This document shows positions 17,843 to 26,907 of a stretch of 64,000 bases of DNA, piece after piece. The stretch is from a bacterium (GTDB lineage Bacteria > Patescibacteriota > Minisyncoccia > Moranbacterales > UBA2206): NCBI GenBank assembly GCA_021785125.1, contig JAJYGF010000015.1, positions 17,482-81,481 of the forward strand, in the 5' to 3' direction. Below the pieces are notes generated by a model, which was given only the letters and a program-made list of their open reading frames with translations, was not told the origin of the DNA and did not search any database. Numbering within the stretch: position 1 is the stretch's first letter; the number at the start of each line of letters is the position of its first letter. The position numbers and the translations under genes are program-made.

Positions 17843-18838
17843 ATGACGGACGAAATACGTATCGATATAAAAAACATCGGATTGGATCAAGAATTTAAAT
17901 CTGAAACGCGAGCACTGGATGAGAAAGTTCACGATTTGATAATTATCGGCGCCGGACCAGCCGGCTTGTCCGCTTCGATTTACGCTTCGCGATATAAATT
18001 GAGCCATCTTTTGTTTGGAGTGGAACCTGGCGGGCAGATGAATGAGATCAAAAGCATCGAGAATTGGCCGGGCACGGTAATGATTTCCGGAGCCGATCTG
18101 ATCGGCAACATGGTCGGACATGTCAAAAATTTCGGGATGGAAATCAAAAACCTGTCCATAAGCTTGATACGCAAAAATAATGACGGTACTTTTTCCGTGT
18201 TGGCAGGAAGGGAAGAGTATGTGTCCAGGGCGGTCATTTTGGCTATGGGTGCCAAGTATAGGACGATGAATATTCCGGGTGAAAGAGAATTTACCGGTAA
18301 AGGCGTTTCGTATTGTGCGACCTGCGATGCCATGTTTTTCCGCGACAAAGTCGTGAGCGTGATCGGCGGAGGAAATTCGGCGGCCGTGGTGGCCTTGGAG
18401 TTGACTGATTTCGCTTCGAAAGTTTTTCTGATCTGTCGTGGAGAAAAATTGTCGGCGGATCCTGTGTGGATCGAAAAAATTGCGGCCGATTCGAAAATCG
18501 AAGTGATCAAGGAAACAAACGTCATCGAGATAAAAGGAGGGGAAAAAGTCGAGCGGATCATTTTAGATAAGCCTCGCGATGACAAGACTTTTTTGGAAGT
18601 GGATGGAGTTTTCATCGAAGTTGGCAGTGAGCCGGGCGTAGAATTAGCGAGGAAACTTGGGGTTGAGACCGACGAACAAAATTATATCAAGGTGGATGCC
18701 GGCCAAAGTACGAACGTCGAAGGAATTTATGCGGCTGGCGACATCACGACCGGATCGAACAAATTCCGCCAAATTCTGATGGGCGCGGCCGAAGGCGCTT
18801 TGGCCGCCAACAGCGTTTACAAAAAATTGAAATTATAA
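17843..18838 (+). CDS. trxB: thioredoxin-disulfide reductase
   Basis: IIIGAGPAG FAD motif, CATCD redox-active disulfide, GGGNSA NADPH motif. Confidence 0.9.
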   Translation: MTDEIRIDIKNIGLDQEFKSETRALDEKVHDLIIIGAGPAGLSASIYASRYKLSHLLFGVEPGGQMNEIKSIENWPGTVMISGADLIGNMVGHVKNFGMEIKNLSISLIRKNNDGTFSVLAGREEYVSRAVILAMGAKYRTMNIPGEREFTGKGVSYCATCDAMFFRDKVVSVIGGGNSAAVVALELTDFASKVFLICRGEKLSADPVWIEKIAADSKIEVIKETNVIEIKGGEKVERIILDKPRDDKTFLEVDGVFIEVGSEPGVELARKLGVETDEQNYIKVDAGQSTNVEGIYAAGDITTGSNKFRQILMGAAEGALAANSVYKKLKL

Positions 18839-18842
18839 TCCA

Positions 18843-18863
18843 CTTAGACATCCAATGTCTAAG
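18843..18863 (+). terminator. perfect 9-bp hairpin CTTAGACAT-CCA-ATGTCTAAG after trxB (no U-tract)
   Basis: read directly. Confidence 0.4.
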
Positions 18864-18883
18864 TAAAAAATGAAATTATAAAT

Positions 18884-20008
18884 ATGAAATCGATTGCATT
18901 ATCCAAAAAAATCGGCGGGAAGATTGAAGTCAAATCCAAGAAGAAATTAACCAAGCAGAATCTGCCGATTTTGTACACACCGGGCGTGGCTTCGGTTTGC
19001 AAGGAAATCGCCAAGGACAAAAAACTTTCTTTTAAATACACGATCCGAAAAAATTCCGTAGCGGTGATTTCCGACGGTTCGGCCGTTTTGGGTCTGGGGA
19101 ACATCGGACCGGAAGCCGGACTGCCGGTCATGGAAGGCAAAGCCTTGCTTTTTAAAGAACTGACCGGCGTGGATGCTTTTCCGATCGTTCTGGATACGCA
19201 GGACACGGAAGAAATCATCAAAACGGTCAAATATCTGGCACCGACTTTTGGCGGGATCAATCTGGAGGATATCAGCGCGCCGCGTTGCTTTGAAATCGAA
19301 GAAAGATTGAAAAAAGAATTGGATATCCCGGTCTTTCATGATGACCAGCACGGCACGGCCATCGTGGTTCTGGCTGGGCTCATCAATGCTCTGAAGGTCG
19401 TTAAAAAAGACATCAAGAAGATCAAAATCGTCATTTCCGGTTCGGGAGCGGCAGGCGTGGCGATTGCGAAATTGCTTTTGAAATATGGTGCGAAGCATAT
19501 CGTGATGGTCGATAGCCAAGGCATAATTTTCAAGGAAAGGTCTGCCGGCATGAATAGTTCCAAGATGGAGATCGCCGACATCACCAATCCGCACAATCTG
19601 AAAGGGACGGTCGAAGACGCCTTGGATCACGCGGATGTCTTCATCGGAGTCTCGGCGCCGAATATTCTGAGGCATGTGCATATCAGCAAGATGCGGCAAG
19701 ATGCGATCGTGTTCGCGATGTCGAATCCCGTGCCGGAAATTATGCCGGAAGAAGCGAAGAAGGGCGGAGCCAGGATCGTGGCGACCGGCAGATCGGATTA
19801 TGCCAACCAGTTGAATAATGTTCTGGCTTTTCCGGGAATCTTCCGCGGAGCTCTGGATAACGGCGTGAAAAAAATTACGGATGAGCACAAGTTGAAAGTC
19901 GCGAAGGCTATTTCCGGTTTGATAAAAAATCCGACTGCTGATAAAATAATACCAAGCGCGCTTGATCCGCGAGTGGCCAAGGCCGTTTCCAAAGTATTTA
20001 AAAAATAA
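18884..20008 (+). CDS. NAD(P)-dependent malic enzyme (short form)
   Basis: YTPGVA, FHDDQHGTA, GSGAAGVA, NQLNNVLAFPG motifs; 374 aa. Confidence 0.85.
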   Translation: MKSIALSKKIGGKIEVKSKKKLTKQNLPILYTPGVASVCKEIAKDKKLSFKYTIRKNSVAVISDGSAVLGLGNIGPEAGLPVMEGKALLFKELTGVDAFPIVLDTQDTEEIIKTVKYLAPTFGGINLEDISAPRCFEIEERLKKELDIPVFHDDQHGTAIVVLAGLINALKVVKKDIKKIKIVISGSGAAGVAIAKLLLKYGAKHIVMVDSQGIIFKERSAGMNSSKMEIADITNPHNLKGTVEDALDHADVFIGVSAPNILRHVHISKMRQDAIVFAMSNPVPEIMPEEAKKGGARIVATGRSDYANQLNNVLAFPGIFRGALDNGVKKITDEHKLKVAKAISGLIKNPTADKIIPSALDPRVAKAVSKVFKK

Positions 20009-20015
20009 AAATGAA

Positions 20016-20144
20016 CCCCGCACTAACTTTCTGATCTTGATTGCTTTGGTGTAATAATTATTTTTTTGCGGGAAAAAATAAATATAAACATTAATGTGCT
20101 TTCTTTATTGCTGCGTGCGGCAATATCAGAAAGTTAGTGCGGGG
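20016..20144. repeat. 20-bp perfect inverted repeats (CCCCGCACTAACTTTCTGAT 20016-20035 / ATCAGAAAGTTAGTGCGGGG 20125-20144) flanking an 89-bp AT-rich segment
   Basis: read directly; second arm ends on the GTG start of yjbQ. Confidence 0.85.
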
Positions 20145-20584
20145 TGAAAATACATAAAAAAACCATTGAAATAAAAAGTTCTAGTCAGATCGAGTTTATA
20201 GATATTACGGATCGCGTTGAAGAGGTGGTGGATGATTCCGGAGTGAGAGAGGGGCAAGTCCTGGTCTATTCTCCGCACACTTCGGCCAGCATAGTCATAA
20301 ATCATAATGAAGCGATGCTGCTTCAGGATTTCATGCGGGTCCTGTACAGACTGGTTCCGATCAGCGACAGGTATTCACATGATATTTTTGAATTGAACCG
20401 GTCAAATTCTTCCGATGGGAGGAGTAATGGCCATTCGCATTGCAAGAGCATGCTTCTGGGCGTCAGCCAAACTGTCCCGATTGAAAAAGGCAAGATGTTG
20501 CTGACGGAGAAGCAGAACATATTTTTGGCGGAAATGGATGGTTCCCGCACGAGAGATATAATTATACAAGTAATCGGATTGTAA
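20144..20584 (+). CDS. YjbQ/UPF0047 family (secondary thiamine-phosphate synthase-like) protein
   Basis: VLVYSPHTSASIVINHNE...LQDFMRVLYRLVP motif; GTG start. Confidence 0.7.
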   Translation: MKIHKKTIEIKSSSQIEFIDITDRVEEVVDDSGVREGQVLVYSPHTSASIVINHNEAMLLQDFMRVLYRLVPISDRYSHDIFELNRSNSSDGRSNGHSHCKSMLLGVSQTVPIEKGKMLLTEKQNIFLAEMDGSRTRDIIIQVIGL

Positions 20585-20588
20585 TTCA

Positions 20589-21212
20589 ATGAGCAAGCTT
20601 GTCAATAGTTTAATCGAGGAGGGTTATCTCAAGACCGATGTTATTATCGAGGCTTTTGACGCTGTTAGTCGTATCGAATTTCTACCCAAAGAACTTGAGC
20701 TTGAGTCGGAAGCAAATGTTGCTCTGCCGATCGGCTATGGTCAAACCATATCGCAACCAATGGTAGTGGCTTTCATGCTGGAACTTCTCGATCCTAAGGA
20801 GGGACACAATATTTTGGATGTCGGAAGCGGTTCCGGTTGGACGACGGCTTTGTTGTCTCATATAGTCGGCAAAAAAGGGAAGGTAGTTGCGCTGGAGAGG
20901 ATCAAAGAATTGGTCGAATTTGGAAAAAATAATGTCGACAAGCACGGCTTTGTGAAAGAAGGTATCGCCGAATTTTATCAAGGCGACGGCAGCAAGGGTT
21001 TTTCTGATAAAGCGCCGTATGACCGCATATTGGTTTCCGCGTCGATTGCGGAGGAAGTTCCGAAAGAATTGAAAGATCAGCTGAAATTGGGAGGCAAAAT
21101 AGTCATTCCGGTCCGCAATAGCATCGTTTATCTGGAAAAAGAGAATGAAGACGATTTCTATCGGGAAGAATTTCCCGGCTTTACGTTTGTACCACTGGTT
21201 GTAAATCGCTAA
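20589..21212 (+). CDS. pcm: protein-L-isoaspartate O-methyltransferase
   Basis: LPIGYGQTISQPMVVAFMLELL and ILDVGSGSGW SAM motif. Confidence 0.85.
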   Translation: MSKLVNSLIEEGYLKTDVIIEAFDAVSRIEFLPKELELESEANVALPIGYGQTISQPMVVAFMLELLDPKEGHNILDVGSGSGWTTALLSHIVGKKGKVVALERIKELVEFGKNNVDKHGFVKEGIAEFYQGDGSKGFSDKAPYDRILVSASIAEEVPKELKDQLKLGGKIVIPVRNSIVYLEKENEDDFYREEFPGFTFVPLVVNR

Positions 21213-21216
21213 TCTT

Positions 21217-22242
21217 TTGATTTTGAGCATGAAAAAGAGGCTCTGGATATCCTTCTCGATCGTTATTGCTGTCGCTTTGATCGGCGGATTTTTTTATGTG
21301 CGCGATCAGGCCTATTTTTCACATGGCCGGGAACAGAACAATGTCGTCTTCAATATTCAGAAGGGCGAGGGAAGCCTTCGGATCGCGGCGGACCTGGAAT
21401 CCAAAAGTCTCATTTCCAGCAGGTTTTACTTCTGGGGATATCTTAAAGCTCGCGGACTGTCTGATAAAATTTATCCGGGCCGATATCTATTGAGCGGCAA
21501 GATGACCATACCTGAAATTGCGGCGATTGTTACCAATCCGCAGAAAGTTTATGAACAAGTTCTGTTTAAAGAAGGCTGGACAGCCAAGCAAATGGCGGAT
21601 GAATTGGATGTTCACGGCTTTGATGGCGCGGCTTTCATTTCACTGGTGAAAAATCCGCCGGAAGATATGGTCTCGCAATTTTCAGTTTTATCCGATAAGC
21701 CGGCTGGCGCCTCGTTGGAAGGCTATCTTTTTCCCGATACTTATTATTTTTCACGCGAAGCCACGCCGAAAGGAATATTGGAAAAAATTCTTGACAATAC
21801 GCAGAATAAAATAACTTCTGATATGCTTGACAGCATTAACTTGCAACACAAGACCGTGTTTAAAATCTTAACTATGGCCAGCATCATCGAAAAGGAAGTC
21901 AACAAGGATACTGATCGTACCTTGGTGAGCGGCTTGTTTTGGAATCGTATCAAAATCGGACAGCCGCTACAAAGCGACGCGACCCTGACCTACATCTTGG
22001 GAGACAACCGAAGTCGTCATTCGATCGAAGAAACCAAAGTCAATTCCGCGTATAACACGTATGTCAACAAGGGCTTGCCGCCCGGTCCGATTTCCAATCC
22101 GGGATTGTCTTCGATTTTGGCGGCAATATATCCGAAAGATTCGGATTATAATTATTTCTTGAGCGATCCGGCCACCGGCAACACTGTTTTTGCCAAGACG
22201 TATGCGGAACATCTGGCCAATAAAGCCAGATATGGTCTATAA
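21217..22242 (+). CDS. mltG: endolytic murein transglycosylase MltG (YceG family)
   Basis: N-terminal TM, YceG-like domain, 341 aa. Confidence 0.75.
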   Translation: MILSMKKRLWISFSIVIAVALIGGFFYVRDQAYFSHGREQNNVVFNIQKGEGSLRIAADLESKSLISSRFYFWGYLKARGLSDKIYPGRYLLSGKMTIPEIAAIVTNPQKVYEQVLFKEGWTAKQMADELDVHGFDGAAFISLVKNPPEDMVSQFSVLSDKPAGASLEGYLFPDTYYFSREATPKGILEKILDNTQNKITSDMLDSINLQHKTVFKILTMASIIEKEVNKDTDRTLVSGLFWNRIKIGQPLQSDATLTYILGDNRSRHSIEETKVNSAYNTYVNKGLPPGPISNPGLSSILAAIYPKDSDYNYFLSDPATGNTVFAKTYAEHLANKARYGL

Positions 22243-22311
22243 AAACATATAATCATGCGGATAATCCGGAGACGCGCTCTGGATTTTTTTGGCGCTGAAT
22301 TTCCAACAGGG

Positions 22312-22340
22312 TTGACAAAAATATGCTATGTGTGATAATA
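22312..22340 (+). promoter_or_regulatory. sigma70-like promoter TTGACA-17-(TG)ATAATA
   Basis: TTGACA 22312-22317, 17-nt spacer ending TGTG, ATAATA 22335-22340. Confidence 0.5.
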
Positions 22341-22369
22341 TTGCTTGAATTTAAAAATAACTCAATTCA

Positions 22370-23422
22370 ATGCAAAAAAACGATAATTTAAATGAGAATA
22401 AAGCTAATGGAAAAAATTCGAGCTTCTTTGATCTGGCGGTGCTTTTATTGAATAATTTGCCTGAAAGATCGCGGGAAATAATCAAGAAAAGATACGGACT
22501 TTCCAATTCCAAGCCGGAAACCTTGGAAAAAATCGGCAAAGATTACGGCATAACCAGAGAACGGGTGCGCCAGATCATTGCCGATTCCGTAAGGAAAATT
22601 TCCAAACTTGCCGCTCTGCAAGAATTTAATATTGCAGAGGAGAAAATAATTTTGGAAATAGACGGAAGAAATGGTATAATTAGCGATAAGGAGCTGGCGG
22701 AAATTTTTGGCTCAAGTCAGAAAGAGTCCAATGCCGTGCGTTTTTTTGCCACATGCTCGGCTAAGATTTTCGAGACTGAAGAAAAAGGGCTGATCGCGCT
22801 TTCGTGGACAACCTCAGAAGACGTCGTGAAGAAAATTAAAGAATTCGCCGGCATAGTCAAAGAAGTCTTGATCGCAGCCGGCAAGCCGTTGACCGAAAAG
22901 GAATTGATGGGCAGTATAAGCGTCGATAAAGGCTATTCGGAAAGCCAAATTGTAAATTATTTGAAAGTGCTGGCTGAAATCGCCAAAAATCGGTTTGAAA
23001 AGTGGGGTTTTGCCGGTTGGATGGAAATTAATCCGAAAGGGACGCGCGAGAAGATTTATTTGATCTTAAAGGAAAAGAAAGTGCCGTTGCATTTTACGGA
23101 AATTGCGGTTCTGATCGATAAATCGGGAATAAGCAAGAAAAAATCTCATCCTCAAACTGTGCATAATGAATTGATAAAAGACGAGAGATTCATCTTGATC
23201 GGACGGGGAATATATGCGTTGAAGGAGTGGGGCTATGCTTCCGGCACCATCAAAGATGTTTTGGAGGACATTCTGACAAAGAGCGGCAAGCCGATGACCA
23301 AAGAAGAGATCTTGGAAGAAGTGACCAAGGCGAGGCGGGTCAAGCGCGCTACGGTCATGATCAATTTGAATAACAATCGGAAATTTATCAAGAAGGATAA
23401 CAAATATTCGTTGAAAAGATAA
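22370..23422 (+). CDS. DNA-binding protein with sigma-70 region-4-like HTH followed by HARE-HTH-like (RNAP delta N-domain-like) winged-helix repeats
   Basis: ETLEKIGKDYGITRERVRQIIADSVRKI resembles sigma r4; C-terminal segments ...HFTEIAVLIDKSG...DERFILIGRGIYALKEWG resemble HARE-HTH. Confidence 0.5.
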   Translation: MQKNDNLNENKANGKNSSFFDLAVLLLNNLPERSREIIKKRYGLSNSKPETLEKIGKDYGITRERVRQIIADSVRKISKLAALQEFNIAEEKIILEIDGRNGIISDKELAEIFGSSQKESNAVRFFATCSAKIFETEEKGLIALSWTTSEDVVKKIKEFAGIVKEVLIAAGKPLTEKELMGSISVDKGYSESQIVNYLKVLAEIAKNRFEKWGFAGWMEINPKGTREKIYLILKEKKVPLHFTEIAVLIDKSGISKKKSHPQTVHNELIKDERFILIGRGIYALKEWGYASGTIKDVLEDILTKSGKPMTKEEILEEVTKARRVKRATVMINLNNNRKFIKKDNKYSLKR

Positions 23423-23449
23423 GCGATAGGCGCAAAAAACAAAAAACAA

Positions 23450-24694
23450 ATGGATCAAAACAATTTCATGGGCATATTGGGAAGCTTCGCGCAGCCGTTC
23501 TATCAGGTTTGGTGGATGGTTATGCCGGTGCTTCTTTTTTATTTGTTCGCGTTTCTTTGGGACGACTATGTCAAGGGCGAATGGAGCGGCAAGATGGAAT
23601 GGACGATGATTGAGATCATTCCGCCCAAAGATCTGGAAAAGGGGCCGAAATTGATGGAATCGATATACCAGGGATTATGCGGAGTCGTCGTCAGCTACAA
23701 CGCGTTCGATGAATATGTCATGGGAATGTTCACGGACAAGTTCAGTTTCGAACTGGTCGGTTTGGGCGGAGAGGTGCATTTTTATGTGCGTGTCCAGAAA
23801 AAATTTAGAAATTTGCTGGAAGCGCAAATATACGCTCAATACCCGGATGCCGAAATTTTGGAAGTGGACGACTATGTCAACAATTTTCCCCGCGTTGTGC
23901 CGAATAGCGGTTGGAATTTATGGGGTTCTGACATGGTTTTGATTAAGCCGGACGCGTATCCATTGAGGACGTACGACAAGTTCGAAGAAGACATCACTGG
24001 CACCATGATCGATCCTATCGCTGGATTTGTGGAGCTTTTCGCTTCGACACCGCCAGGCCAGAATATGTGGCTGCAGATCATAGTTCAGCCGCTGGAAGAA
24101 GTCTGGAGGAAAAAATCTGGCGCGGAAAAAGAAATTCAGAAGCTGGCCGGCCGGGCGAAAGAATCCAGGGGGCTGTGGTCGGACGTGACGGATGTGTTTA
24201 CCAATCTCTTTAAAGCGCTTTGGCAGCCGGTGGAATTTCCATCGACCAAGAAAGAAGAGCAGCCATTGGAATTCAGATTGACGCCTGTAGAAAAAGACGT
24301 TCTCAAGGCAGTGGAAGAAAATCTCGGCAAGAACCAGTATAAGATAAAGATGAGGTTTATCTATGTAGGCAAGCGTGAAGGTTTCGATATGGGCTACGTG
24401 ACCGGATTTTTCGGCGTCACCCGGCAGTTCAATGATTTGAATCTCAATGGAATCAAGCCAGATGATTCCAAGACGACCGCGCATTTCGTGGCGATAGATA
24501 CGCGCCTTGACACGATGAAGCGCCGCATATATGAACGCTATCGCAAAAGAAATACGGATGGCAAAACCTTTGTTTTTTCGACTTCCGAACTGGCTACCAT
24601 CTATCATTTCCCGGATATGGCAGTCCGTACGCCGGCGTTGTCAAGAGTGGAATCCAAGCGGGGAACGGCGCCATCCAATCTGCCCACCGCGTAA
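23450..24694 (+). CDS. hypothetical N-terminally membrane-anchored protein; partner of downstream coupling-ATPase
   Basis: 414 aa; one N-terminal TM (FYQVWWMVMPVLLFYLFAFLW); no recognisable catalytic motifs. Confidence 0.5.
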   Translation: MDQNNFMGILGSFAQPFYQVWWMVMPVLLFYLFAFLWDDYVKGEWSGKMEWTMIEIIPPKDLEKGPKLMESIYQGLCGVVVSYNAFDEYVMGMFTDKFSFELVGLGGEVHFYVRVQKKFRNLLEAQIYAQYPDAEILEVDDYVNNFPRVVPNSGWNLWGSDMVLIKPDAYPLRTYDKFEEDITGTMIDPIAGFVELFASTPPGQNMWLQIIVQPLEEVWRKKSGAEKEIQKLAGRAKESRGLWSDVTDVFTNLFKALWQPVEFPSTKKEEQPLEFRLTPVEKDVLKAVEENLGKNQYKIKMRFIYVGKREGFDMGYVTGFFGVTRQFNDLNLNGIKPDDSKTTAHFVAIDTRLDTMKRRIYERYRKRNTDGKTFVFSTSELATIYHFPDMAVRTPALSRVESKRGTAPSNLPTA

Positions 24695-24696
24695 TA

Positions 24697-24725
24697 TTGA
24701 AAATTATCGATTTTTTCAATATAAT
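24697..24725 (+). promoter_or_regulatory. sigma70-like promoter TTGAAA-17-TATAAT
   Basis: TTGAAA 24697-24702, TATAAT 24720-24725, flanked by TTGAAAA/TTTTCAA inverted repeat. Confidence 0.5.
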
Positions 24726-24776
24726 TAGGAATCTAATATGTCATAGCTGAAAGCTCAAGCTGTCGGCTGATCAAAA

Positions 24777-26654
24777 ATGTCGGAAATAAATTTTTTTGCA
24801 AAAACCAATTTCAGGAATAAGGAGCAGATTTTTGGCATCAAGCGCGATGATCGGCGCCGCCATATGTATATCATCGGAAAGACCGGCATGGGAAAGTCCA
24901 ATTTGCTGGAAAATATGGCCATCCAGGATATCCGCAACGGCGAAGGTGTTTGCGTGGTCGATCCGCATGGGGAATTCGCGGAAAAAATGCTGAAAGCCGT
25001 GCCAGCCAGCCGCGTCAATGATGTCATCTATTTCAATCCGGCGGATGCGGATTTTCCGATCGCTTTCAACATTCTGGAATCAGTCGAAGAAGACAAAAAA
25101 AATCTGGTGGCTTCCGGTATGATGGGCGTGTTCAAGAAAATTTGGCCGGACGTATGGAGTCCGAGAATGGAATACATCTTGAACAATACCATTCTGGCGC
25201 TTTTGGATTATCCCGGTTCGACCATGCTTGGTGTGAATCGCATGATGGCCGATTCGGCATATCGCAAAAGGATCTATCCGAAAATCAAGGATCCAGTGGT
25301 TAAGTCGTTCTGGATTAATGAATTCGACAAATGGGATGACAAATTCAGAAAAGAGGCGGTGGCGGCTATCCAGAACAAAGTCGGACAGTTTTTGTCGTCT
25401 TCTGTCATCCGGCATATCGTCGGACAGCCTAAATCCACCATAGACATGCGTGAGATCATGGATAATCAGAAGATCCTGATTGTCAATCTGTCCAAAGGAA
25501 GGATTGGAGAAGATTCCATGCGCCTCTTGGGCGGTATGATCGTCACTAAAATCCAATTGGCGGCCATGGGGCGCGTCGCAATTTCCGAACTGGAAAGGAA
25601 AGATTTCTATCTGTATGTGGACGAGTTCCAAAATTTTGCCACGGAAGCGTTTGCCAATATCCTTTCCGAAGCCAGAAAGTATCGCTTAAATCTGATTTTA
25701 GCGCACCAATATATTAACCAGCTCATTTTTGACGGGAACACGACCGTACGCGATGCCGTTTTTGGCAACGTGGGGACCATAGTATCGTTCCGGGTCGGAG
25801 CGGAAGACGCGGAGCATCTGGAAAAGGAATTTGATCCGGTGTTTTTGATGAATGACATCGTCAATCTGTCCAAATATCACGTCTACCTGAAGCTTATGAT
25901 CGACGGTGTGGCGGGAGATGCGTTTTCGGCCACGACCTTGCCGCCGTTCAATTTGGATGAAACGGTGGACAATGAGGAAAAGATCATACGGGTGTCGCGA
26001 GAGAGATATAGCCGGCCGAAGGCGGAAGTGGAAGATCGGATCGCCCGCTGGAGCGGCATGGAAGTTTTCAAAGAGAATCCCTTGGGCGGCAAGGAAGAAT
26101 CGGATAATGCGGGCGAAAATTACGATTCGGAATTGTATGAAGAAAAACCTCATTTGTCGTCGAAAAGAAGCCGTTTGTCCGAAAATTACATCAAAAACGC
26201 GGTCAATAATTCAGCCATCCAGCTGTCGATGCCGGTGCGAGAAACTTATTCTGCCGAATGTGCCAGCTGTGGTGCCGGTATCACGGTGCCGTTTAAGCCG
26301 GATCCGAATCGGCCGACTTTTTGCCGTGAGTGTCTGAAGGATTATCAACGGTCAATGGCCAGGAAAAGATTGGTGGCTGAAAAGAGAGAGAGCGCTTCCG
26401 CTACTGTCCATGCTGACAATACGATCGTGAAAAAAGTTTTGCCGAAAGAGAACAACCAGCCGGAAGCTCAAGCCAAGAGAACTTCCGAACATGTCGTATA
26501 CGCGCCGCAGGACCGGCCGATGAGTCTGTCGCAGATGTCGCATATCGCGCCGAAAAAATTCAAGCCGCAACGGCCGAAGCCGAATGTGAATCTTGAAGAA
26601 GTCAGAGAGCTTCTGGATAAAACCAGGAAGCCGAAAGAAAATGGAGGACAATAA
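24777..26654 (+). CDS. type IV coupling protein-like ATPase (VirD4/TraG/TrwB family, FtsK-HerA superfamily) with C-terminal zinc ribbon and basic tail
   Basis: Walker A IIGKTGMGKS, Walker B YLYVDEFQNF, LILAHQYINQL (TraG-D_C-like), CASCG...CRECL zinc ribbon, K/R/P-rich C-terminus; 625 aa. Confidence 0.7.
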   Translation: MSEINFFAKTNFRNKEQIFGIKRDDRRRHMYIIGKTGMGKSNLLENMAIQDIRNGEGVCVVDPHGEFAEKMLKAVPASRVNDVIYFNPADADFPIAFNILESVEEDKKNLVASGMMGVFKKIWPDVWSPRMEYILNNTILALLDYPGSTMLGVNRMMADSAYRKRIYPKIKDPVVKSFWINEFDKWDDKFRKEAVAAIQNKVGQFLSSSVIRHIVGQPKSTIDMREIMDNQKILIVNLSKGRIGEDSMRLLGGMIVTKIQLAAMGRVAISELERKDFYLYVDEFQNFATEAFANILSEARKYRLNLILAHQYINQLIFDGNTTVRDAVFGNVGTIVSFRVGAEDAEHLEKEFDPVFLMNDIVNLSKYHVYLKLMIDGVAGDAFSATTLPPFNLDETVDNEEKIIRVSRERYSRPKAEVEDRIARWSGMEVFKENPLGGKEESDNAGENYDSELYEEKPHLSSKRSRLSENYIKNAVNNSAIQLSMPVRETYSAECASCGAGITVPFKPDPNRPTFCRECLKDYQRSMARKRLVAEKRESASATVHADNTIVKKVLPKENNQPEAQAKRTSEHVVYAPQDRPMSLSQMSHIAPKKFKPQRPKPNVNLEEVRELLDKTRKPKENGGQ

Positions 26655-26832
26655 GAATATTTTTATCCGGCAAATTCCGCCTTACGGCGGAATAATCATA
26701 CTCGTTCTTGCTTCGCTTTTCGTGGCTTGGTTTACGATCAGTATCGGCGAGAAAATCATAAAAGATACGCCGCAGTCAAATATTTACGCTTCGCAGAGGT
26801 CGGCGCAAAAAATGATCGACAACCTGCACTAG
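26641..26832 (+). CDS. 63-aa single-TM micro-protein
   Basis: ATGGAGG start overlapping end of ATPase gene; IPPYGGIIILVLASLFVAWFTI TM helix. Confidence 0.4.
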   Translation: MEDNKNIFIRQIPPYGGIIILVLASLFVAWFTISIGEKIIKDTPQSNIYASQRSAQKMIDNLH

Positions 26833-26869
26833 AGCGAATGGTGCAACCAGGTGGCCGAAAGGCTGCCTT

Positions 26870-26898
26870 TTGATTTTTGTTGGCCAAAAAGTTATAAT
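26870..26898 (+). promoter_or_regulatory. sigma70-like promoter TTGATT-17-TATAAT
   Basis: 10 nt upstream of mnmA ATG; preceded by weak hairpin + T-tract. Confidence 0.5.
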
Positions 26899-26907
26899 TA
26901 GTTCAAT

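Noticed and set aside
18947-20023. 358-aa minus-strand ORF antisense to the malic enzyme gene
   Set aside because: The plus-strand frame has unambiguous malic-enzyme motifs. The antisense ORF is Arg/Phe-rich, as expected for a shadow ORF in a K/E-rich gene.
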